From Chthoniobacteraceae bacterium (GTDB taxonomy: Bacteria > Verrucomicrobiota > Verrucomicrobiia > Chthoniobacterales > Chthoniobacteraceae), in contig JANNWY010000197.1 in the NCBI GenBank assembly GCA_031409335.1, positions 1-35,588 of the forward strand: a stretch of 35,588 bases of DNA. The letters run 5' to 3'. The position numbers and the translations under genes are program-made. Under the pieces are notes generated by a model that searched no databases, was not told the DNA's origin, and was given only the letters and a program-made list of their open reading frames with translations. Numbering within the stretch: position 1 is the first letter of the stretch; the number at the start of each line of letters is the position of its first letter. Positions 15,348 to 21,939 of this stretch are shown here, one piece after another.

Positions 15348-17548
15348 AAAAGGCCCTCCCGTCGGCGCAGCCACCACTCGGCGCCGAAGACTGATGCGAT
15401 GAGCGCGGCGATCCACCAGCGCGGCCAGAGCGGCTCCCAGCGCGGTTTCGCGCGCGCGGCGGTGGTGTCGGTTTTCCAAAGCGATGCGGCGAGTTTGTCC
15501 ACATCGGCGGGCGTGAAAATTTCGCCGCCCGATCCGCGCGCGAGGGTGGCGAGGCTCTCGCCGTCGGGACGCAGGTCGTCGGCCTCCGCGGGCGGCGCGG
15601 CGACGGTGAGCGTGGCTTCGCCTTCGAGTGTGTCGGGCTGCGCGCGGTCGGCGACGCGGACTTGGTAGCGGCCCGGCTGATCCGTCGTGACCACCGCGGC
15701 CCACTCGCGTCCGATATCGCCGCCGCCCGGAAGTGCGGTCGCCGCGGCCTCGCCGAACGGCTGTCCGTCGCGCATGATTTTCAAAACCGGCTCCGGTTTT
15801 CCCGCGCCGCGATACGCGACGATCGCGCGCACTGGCTGTCCCGCCTCCGCCGTCGGCTCGGTGAAGCGCACCGCGAAATCCTGTCCGGGCAGGAACTCCG
15901 AAAAGGTCGCGCACCATTGCATGAGCTGCACCCAGAACTGCTGATACACCGCGCCTTGCTCGCGGACTTCGGGGCGAAAATCCCAGCGCCAGAGCCCGTC
16001 GGCATTCACCGTGGCGACCATGCCGCGTCCGAACCGGCGCGCGATGAGCAGCGGCACGCGCGTCTTTTTTTCCTCCGGCTGACCCTCGGCGAGGACGCGC
16101 GCGAACGGCTTGAGCCGCGCGACTTGATGCGCGTCCTCGAGCAGCGGCAGCGTCGCCCACACGCGATCCTCCGCTCCGGGCAGCGCCGCGCCAAACAGCC
16201 CCGCGCCTTGATCCGCGAGCGGCACGAGATGAAAGCCGCCGCTCATTTCCGCGCCCCACTCGACCGGCTCCAGCGCCTCCAGCGGCGCGAACTTTCCCGC
16301 ATACGGCTTGCCCCGCGCAAACATCACCGCGCCGCCCTGATCGCGCACAAAACCGGTGAGCGCCGCGATGCGCGCGGGCGTGAGAAAGCCGTCCGCGCCT
16401 TTGCCAAAGACGATGAGATCGTAGCGCGCGAGCCCTTCGGCGGAGTCCGGGAAAACGCTGTCGGGCGACGCGAGCGGTTCCGCGCTTTTGCCGCTGCCGG
16501 CCTCGACGCGAAAGTAACGCTCCTCGTTCAGCCGATGCACCGTGAGAATCTCGATCGCGCTTTGCTGGCGGAGCAGTTGCGCGAGGAATTTGCTGTCCCA
16601 ATACGGCGCGCCTTCGAGCAGCAGCACGCGCGTTTTGGTCGTGAGCACTTTCACATGCACCGTGTCGGCGTTATTGGCGGGCACTTGTTCTCCGGGCCAC
16701 GGCGCGGTGCGCAGCGTGTAGTCGCCGCCGTTTTCCGGCACGTCGGCGAGATCGAAAACCACGCTCGCCCGCGCGCCGTCTTCGAGCTGCGCGTCCTGCC
16801 GCGCGATCTCTTTTCCATCCGCGCCCGCGAGGATCACGGTCGGCCTGATCGCGCCTAGTCCGCGGTTCTCGAGCTGCGCGGAAATTTTCACGGGCTGCCC
16901 GCGAAAAGCCATGACGCGCCGGGGCAGCGCGGTGAGCACGAGGTCGCGGCTGCCCCACGCGCCGCCGAGCGGGATGGCGTGAATCGGCACGCCGCGTCCG
17001 CGCGCGCGGAGGGCGAGGTCGTCGAGCTTCGCGCGCGAAGTCTGGCGTCCGTCGGAGATGACGATGAGGCCGGCGAGCGGCAGCGCGCGCTGATCGAGCG
17101 CACCGGTGAGGGCGCGGGCGAGATCGGTGCCCGCGCCGTCCGGCTGGAGCGCGGCAGTGGCGGGCGCGTCGTCTTCGAGTTGCGCGGAGAAAGGATGCAC
17201 CTTCACGTCGCCCCGCGCGCCGGATGCTGTGCGCAGGCGCTCCGCGAGGCGGGTCGCGGTTTCCCAGCGCGTCGCGTTTTCATCGTGACCGGACTTCATG
17301 CTCGCGCTGCGATCAAGCAGCACCAGCCAGTCGCGGCGGGCGCTCGCGCTTTCATCGAGCCAGCGTCCGGGGTTCAGCCAGAGCACCGCGAGCGCGAGCA
17401 CGCCGCACGAGCGCAGCGGGAACAACTGACGCCGCACACTCGCCGAGGCCTCGCGCGCGCCGTGCCATGCGAGCCAGAGCGCGGCGATGATGAAGATCGT
17501 CGCGAGGGCGATGGCCTCGGGGAGACCGATGGCGGGATTCCAGGTCAT
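15344..17548 (-). CDS. vWA-domain membrane protein with class-I glutamine-amidotransferase-like domain
   Basis: GGAGG SD before ATG 17548; MIDAS-like LLDRSASM and VISDGRQ; RVLLLEGAPYWDSKFL, YDLIVFG, RFGRGMV..DGLWRW; C-terminal EWWLRRREGLL. Confidence 0.85.
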   Translation of the reverse strand: MTWNPAIGLPEAIALATIFIIAALWLAWHGAREASASVRRQLFPLRSCGVLALAVLWLNPGRWLDESASARRDWLVLLDRSASMKSGHDENATRWETATRLAERLRTASGARGDVKVHPFSAQLEDDAPATAALQPDGAGTDLARALTGALDQRALPLAGLIVISDGRQTSRAKLDDLALRARGRGVPIHAIPLGGAWGSRDLVLTALPRRVMAFRGQPVKISAQLENRGLGAIRPTVILAGADGKEIARQDAQLEDGARASVVFDLADVPENGGDYTLRTAPWPGEQVPANNADTVHVKVLTTKTRVLLLEGAPYWDSKFLAQLLRQQSAIEILTVHRLNEERYFRVEAGSGKSAEPLASPDSVFPDSAEGLARYDLIVFGKGADGFLTPARIAALTGFVRDQGGAVMFARGKPYAGKFAPLEALEPVEWGAEMSGGFHLVPLADQGAGLFGAALPGAEDRVWATLPLLEDAHQVARLKPFARVLAEGQPEEKKTRVPLLIARRFGRGMVATVNADGLWRWDFRPEVREQGAVYQQFWVQLMQWCATFSEFLPGQDFAVRFTEPTAEAGQPVRAIVAYRGAGKPEPVLKIMRDGQPFGEAAATALPGGGDIGREWAAVVTTDQPGRYQVRVADRAQPDTLEGEATLTVAAPPAEADDLRPDGESLATLARGSGGEIFTPADVDKLAASLWKTDTTAARAKPRWEPLWPRWWIAALIASVFGAEWWLRRREGLL

Positions 17549-17601
17549 GGGAACCTCCAAAGCGCCGCCACTTCGCGCGTGGTTTTCAAGACTTCGTTCA
17601 C
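17545..17601 (-). CDS. Putative 18-aa translational 'bridge' mini-ORF (MNEVLKTTREVAALWRFP)
   Basis: GTG 17601 overlaps the upstream stop (GTGA); its TGA (17547-17545) overlaps the downstream ATG 17548 (ATGA). Confidence 0.35.
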   Translation of the reverse strand: MNEVLKTTREVAALWRFP

Positions 17602-19682
17602 ACTTCCACTGCGCTCCTTTCCTCGCGTTTCGCACTGATCGGCTCCGCATCCGCGCGGACGCGGAACCAGCGAATGCAAACACCTTCCGCGAGCAGGCAC
17701 AGCGCGGCGAGGGCCACGCACCACGGCCAGAGCGGACGGCCTTCGCGCAGCTCGGCGAGGCGGGTGCGCGCCGTGTCGCTGACGACGGTGCCGCCGGCTT
17801 GCGCGAGTTCGGCGGCGGTGAGCTGGCGCAGGTCGGATTCGTTTTCGGGAAAATTGATGACGGCGCGATCGAGCACGCCGCCTTGCGCGAGCCAGCGGTA
17901 GCTGCCGGGCGCGGGCGGCTCGGCGGTGATGAGCCGCTGCGCGGATTCGGCACTGAGCGCGGCGGGCTGGTCGAGATCGTTGACGAGCGTCACGAGCTTC
18001 GGATCGAGCGCCGCGCCAGTATCCAGTCGGAGCGGTTCGCCAGGCTCGAACGTGTGAAGCGTATCGCTATTCACTCGAAGCGCGAGGTGCCGGATGAACT
18101 CGCCGAAAAACGCAACGAAGCCCGCGCGCTCCGGCCAGTCGGATTCGCCGAGATCAAGGTTCCACCACGCGATCAATGCCGGGCGTTCACCGCCAACGTT
18201 AAAGTCGATTAACGTGAGCGCGGGAACGCCGTCGTCGAATTCGAGCAGCGGCGTGACCGGGAGAGAAAAGTGCATCGCCACACGCTGCCGAAAGCGCGCA
18301 TTGACCGGATCGCCAAACGAGCCGCTCGCGAACAGCGCGAACATCGGATGATCTTCATTGGCAATGCGCAGCGCCCATCCCGGTGCATCGCGCCGCTCGG
18401 CGGTGAGCGGTCCTTCCGCGGCGGCCGGCACCCCACCGGACCACATGTGGACGGCCTTCCGATCAAGGCCCGGAGCCGCCTGGACGACGAGTGGCCCGTG
18501 TTTCAATTGCGCCCGCAGTGCCTCGTTCGTATCGATATTCGCATCGCCACTCCAACCCGCGACGAGTGCGACATCGAACGAATTGTCGCGCACAAGATCG
18601 GCGAGCGAAACGCGCCGAACGTTCGCAGCATCGAGCGCGCGCGCGGCCCGTTCCCAAGCGCGCGCGGTCGCGTCGTTTTCAGCGCCGACGATCGCGATGC
18701 GCACCGCGCCGCGCACATCGGCCAGCGCGTAGCGCGTGTCGTCGCCGGGGAAGCGGTCTTCGGAAAGCGTCGCCTTGAGCGGGATGAGTCCCTCGGCGGG
18801 AAATTTCACCGGCATGATCGCGAGCGTCTCGGACCACGGCGCGATCTCGACGGCCTGCGACAAGCGGCTTTCACCCGCCTCGGCGAAGACAGTGACGCGG
18901 CGCGGCTCGCTGGAAAAATTGCGCACGCGGCAGACGAGCCGCGCATCCTGTCCGGCGATGGGCCGCGCGGGTTCGAGCGCGAGGCCGGTGAGACCGGTAT
19001 TCGCGGCGTCGCCCGCGCCTACTGCAATCAACGTAAGCACGATGTCAGGCGGCGTTTCATTTCTCACATTTCGCCATGTTGATTTTTGGAAGTCGGAGCA
19101 GATGACGAGTTCGCGTTCGCCTTCCGCGGCGGCGAGTTGTTTCAACGCGAGATTTATCGCGCCGCCAATGTCGCCGGGCTCGGCCTGCACGCTGGCCTGG
19201 CGGAGCGACTGACGCAGAAAAGCGAGATTCGGCCCCGGCTCGGGCAGCGCGGATTCGGCGTGCGCGCGAAGCCAGACGAGGTTCGCGCGCGCGCCGGCAG
19301 GGAGCGTGGCGAGCACGTCCTCGGCGGCCGCGGCGGCCTGCGCGAGCCGCGTGCGCGTGCCGTCGGCGAAGCCCAGTGAGGCGGTCGCATCCACGACGAT
19401 GACAGTCGTGCGCGACGCCCCGCTTTTCGCCCCGAAACGCGAGAGCAGCCACGGCTGCAAAAACGCGGCGACCAGCGAGAGCATCGCGAGCGTGCGCAGC
19501 AGCAGGAGCCAGCGATCGCGCGGACGCCGCACCCGCGTGACGCGCCGCATCGCCTCACGCAGCAGCCGCAACGATGGGAAATCGCGCGTGCGCGGACGCG
19601 TGCGCGAGAAGAGATGCGCGAGCAGCGGCACGGCGATGAGCGGGGCGATCAGCCAGATGGGATTTTGGAAAAAGACGTTCAT
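17598..19682 (-). CDS. BatA-like N-terminal double-TM + vWA domain protein
   Basis: Start MNVFFQNP; PLLAHLFSR...FPSLRLL...LLLLRTLA...QPW; MIDAS-like VVDATAS and ICSDFQ; C-terminal VINFPENESDL and LWPWCVALAALCLLAE. Confidence 0.88.
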   Translation of the reverse strand: MNVFFQNPIWLIAPLIAVPLLAHLFSRTRPRTRDFPSLRLLREAMRRVTRVRRPRDRWLLLLRTLAMLSLVAAFLQPWLLSRFGAKSGASRTTVIVVDATASLGFADGTRTRLAQAAAAAEDVLATLPAGARANLVWLRAHAESALPEPGPNLAFLRQSLRQASVQAEPGDIGGAINLALKQLAAAEGERELVICSDFQKSTWRNVRNETPPDIVLTLIAVGAGDAANTGLTGLALEPARPIAGQDARLVCRVRNFSSEPRRVTVFAEAGESRLSQAVEIAPWSETLAIMPVKFPAEGLIPLKATLSEDRFPGDDTRYALADVRGAVRIAIVGAENDATARAWERAARALDAANVRRVSLADLVRDNSFDVALVAGWSGDANIDTNEALRAQLKHGPLVVQAAPGLDRKAVHMWSGGVPAAAEGPLTAERRDAPGWALRIANEDHPMFALFASGSFGDPVNARFRQRVAMHFSLPVTPLLEFDDGVPALTLIDFNVGGERPALIAWWNLDLGESDWPERAGFVAFFGEFIRHLALRVNSDTLHTFEPGEPLRLDTGAALDPKLVTLVNDLDQPAALSAESAQRLITAEPPAPGSYRWLAQGGVLDRAVINFPENESDLRQLTAAELAQAGGTVVSDTARTRLAELREGRPLWPWCVALAALCLLAEGVCIRWFRVRADAEPISAKREERSAVEV

Positions 19683-19951
19683 CCTCTGGTGCCTGTCATT
19701 GGGTTGCTCGCGACTCCGGCGGGCCAAAGGCCCAGCGACATGGCAGCCCAGGGCATCGCCCTGGGTAGCCGATAAAGAAGAAGCGAGCCCTGAAAGGGCG
19801 AAACAAGGATTCGCCGCCGCAGGTGTTCCGCCCTTTCAGGGCTGGGGCCTGTCTGACGACGAACCCAGGGCGTTGCCCTGGGCTGGCTTGTTTCTGGGCC
19901 TTCGGCCCGTCGGAGTGGGGTTCGGACGAAAAAATACATCGCGGTTTTCAT
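19679..19951 (-). CDS. Putative 90-aa REP-derived 'bridge' ORF (MKTAMYFF...GTRG)
   Basis: ATG 19951 overlaps the DUF58 stop (ATGA); its TGA (19681-19679) overlaps the BatA-like ATG 19682 (ATGA); most of the ORF is a palindromic repeat. Confidence 0.4.
   Translation of the reverse strand: MKTAMYFFVRTPLRRAEGPETSQPRATPWVRRQTGPSPERAEHLRRRILVSPFQGSLLLYRLPRAMPWAAMSLGLWPAGVASNPMTGTRG
19713..19916. repeat. Composite REP-like palindrome (A-B-C-C'-B'-A'), 204 bp
   Basis: A GGGCCAAAGGCCC 19721-19733; B CCCAGGGCATCGCCCTGGG 19747-19765; C GCCCTGAAAGGGC 19787-19799; C' 19830-19842; B' 19864-19882; A' 19896-19908; outer ACTCC/GGAGT ends. Confidence 0.88.
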
Positions 19952-20829
19952 GCGAATGCGCCGCCAATGCGGTCGAACAGCGGCCAGTAGCTGCCGTCGG
20001 TGCGGGCGAGCGCATAATCGACCTGGCGCTGCGCGCTGAGCGTGCGCAGGCGCGCGAGATGGGCGTCGAGCGTGGCGCGGTAGGCGGTGGCGACGGCGCG
20101 CGGATGCAGCGTGAGTTGCTCGCGCGTTTCGAGATCCTGATAGCGCGCGAGCGTGCCGTCGCCGAGGTCCATTTCCTGCGGCGAGAGCAGGTGGAAAAGA
20201 TGCACGCGGAAGCCGCGATGGAGGAACGGATTCAGCGCGTGGAAGACGGCGGCGGGGTCGTCGTAAAAATCGGAGAGGATGATGACGGTGCCGCGGCGGC
20301 GAAGCTGGAGGCTGGCGCGGCCAAGCGCGGCGGCGAGCGAAGTCGGGCCGCGCGGCGCGTTGTGTTCGAGCGCGCTGAGGATGTTGTGCAAATGCCGGCG
20401 CGTGCTGCCGGGCGGATGAAATTCGCGGATGCGGTCGTCGAAAATTTGGAGCGAGACGCGGTCGCTGCCGCGCACGACGAGCCACGCGAGCGCGGCGGCG
20501 AAGAACGACGCGAACTCCAACTTCGAGAGCGCACCGCCCCCGTTGAAGGCCATGCTTTCACTCGAGTCGAGCAGGACGTGGCACTCGAGATTTGTCTCCT
20601 GCTCGAAGGTCTTCACGCAATGCCGGTCGTTGCGCGCGAACACGCGCCAGTCCACGAGCGCGGGGTCGTCGCCGGGCGTGTAGGCGCGATACTCGTGAAA
20701 CTCCATCGACGGCCCGCGCAGCTTGGAACGATGCCGCCCGGCGAGCCAGCCCTCGGCGATGAGCTGGGCGGAAAGCTCGTAGGATTCGAGGCGGCGGACA
20801 TCTTCGGGGCGGAGATACTTGAAGGGCAT
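19948..20829 (-). CDS. DUF58 family protein (vWA-like MoxR partner)
   Basis: GRHRSKLRGPSMEFHEYRAYTPGDD..VDWRVFAR..VKTFEQET, LLDSSESM, ILSDF; start MPFKY at ATG 20829. Confidence 0.92.
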   Translation of the reverse strand: MPFKYLRPEDVRRLESYELSAQLIAEGWLAGRHRSKLRGPSMEFHEYRAYTPGDDPALVDWRVFARNDRHCVKTFEQETNLECHVLLDSSESMAFNGGGALSKLEFASFFAAALAWLVVRGSDRVSLQIFDDRIREFHPPGSTRRHLHNILSALEHNAPRGPTSLAAALGRASLQLRRRGTVIILSDFYDDPAAVFHALNPFLHRGFRVHLFHLLSPQEMDLGDGTLARYQDLETREQLTLHPRAVATAYRATLDAHLARLRTLSAQRQVDYALARTDGSYWPLFDRIGGAFA

Positions 20830-20841
20830 GGGACAGGGGCG

Positions 20842-20933
20842 GAAAACATTCAACTTGCAACGTTCAACGAGGCGAGAGCGTCCATGAGGTTTCTTTGAAA
20901 GTTGGAAGTTGAGCGTTGGACGTTGAACGTTTC
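20842..20933. repeat. Inverted heptamer (AAC-NNNC) tandem repeat between moxR and DUF58
   Basis: Left arm AACATTC AACTTGC AACGTTC AACG (20845-20869); right arm TTGAAAG TTGGAAG TTGAGCG TTGGACG TTGAACG (20895-20929). Confidence 0.8.
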
Positions 20934-20939
20934 TCCCAA

Positions 20940-21926
20940 TCAGACTTTCCCCAGCAAATGCCCAATGATGTCCTCGACGCTGATGCCTTCGCCCGTCGCG
21001 TTGTAATTCGGGATGATGCGATGGCGCAGCACCGACGGGGCGGCGGCTTTGACTTCGGCGATCGAGGCGCTGTCGCGTCCGCGCAGGAGTGCGAGGGCGC
21101 GGGCGGCGCGGACGAGCGCCTGCGCGGCGCGCGGGCCGGCACCCCAGCTCACGTATTTTTTCACGTAATCGTCGGCGAGCGGCGACGCGGGGCGGCTGCT
21201 GTGCGTGAGCGTGAGGATCGAGCGTTTCACGTTGTCCGGCAGTGGCACGTCGTGGACGGAATTTTGCAACGTGATCAGGCTCGCGCTGTCGAGGATCGTC
21301 TCGGCAACGTCGGGCTGCGCGCCGGTGGTGCGGTCGAGGATGGCGAGTTCTTCGTCCATGCTCGGGTAGTCCACGAGCAGGTGGAAAAAGAAGCGGTCGA
21401 GCTGCGCCTCGGGGAGCGGATAGGTGCCTTCGTGCTCGATCGGATTTTGCGTGGCGAAAACGAGGAACGGCTCTTCGAGACGGCGCGTGTGGCCGGCGAC
21501 GGTGACTTGTTTTTCCTGCATCGCTTCGAGCAGCGCGGCCTGCGTTTTCGGCGGCGTGCGGTTGATTTCGTCGGCGAGAATGAGGTTCGCGAAAATGGGA
21601 CCGGGCTGGAACTCGAAGCGGCGCTGGCCGGTGTCGCCCGCCTGCAAAATCTCGGAGCCGACGATGTCCGCCGGCATGAGATCGGGCGTGAATTGGATGC
21701 GCTGAAATTTGAGGCCGAGGATTTTTCCGAGAGTGGAAACGAGCAGCGTTTTCGCGAGGCCGGGCACGCCGACGATGAGGCAGTGGCCTTTGCACAGCAG
21801 CGCGGTGAGCATCAGCTCGACGACCGCATCCTGGCCGACAATGACGCGCGCGGTTTGCTCGCGGATGCGCTGCACTTGCTGGCGGGTTTGCTCCCAGAGT
21901 TGGGCGGGTTCGTGGGTTTGTTGCAT
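20940..21926 (-). CDS. moxR: MoxR-family AAA+ ATPase
   Basis: Walker A GVPGLAKT, RIQFTPDLMPADI, Walker B ILADEINR, QAALLEAMQE, ATQNPIEHEGTYPLPEAQLDRF; start MQQTHE at ATG 21926. Confidence 0.93.
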   Translation of the reverse strand: MQQTHEPAQLWEQTRQQVQRIREQTARVIVGQDAVVELMLTALLCKGHCLIVGVPGLAKTLLVSTLGKILGLKFQRIQFTPDLMPADIVGSEILQAGDTGQRRFEFQPGPIFANLILADEINRTPPKTQAALLEAMQEKQVTVAGHTRRLEEPFLVFATQNPIEHEGTYPLPEAQLDRFFFHLLVDYPSMDEELAILDRTTGAQPDVAETILDSASLITLQNSVHDVPLPDNVKRSILTLTHSSRPASPLADDYVKKYVSWGAGPRAAQALVRAARALALLRGRDSASIAEVKAAAPSVLRHRIIPNYNATGEGISVEDIIGHLLGKV

Positions 21927-21939
21927 GGGTTCGGATTGG

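Noticed and set aside
15348..16601. N-terminal 418 aa of the 1338-aa ORF call
   Set aside because: It overlaps the vWA-GATase gene in another frame and reads as low-complexity Arg-rich sequence. The real start is ATG 15347, which has an ATGA overlap.
19713..19916. Possible CRISPR array or tRNA/ncRNA
   Set aside because: The units are inverted and of three different types rather than identical direct repeats with unique spacers. No cas genes, and no tRNA cloverleaf or T-loop motif.
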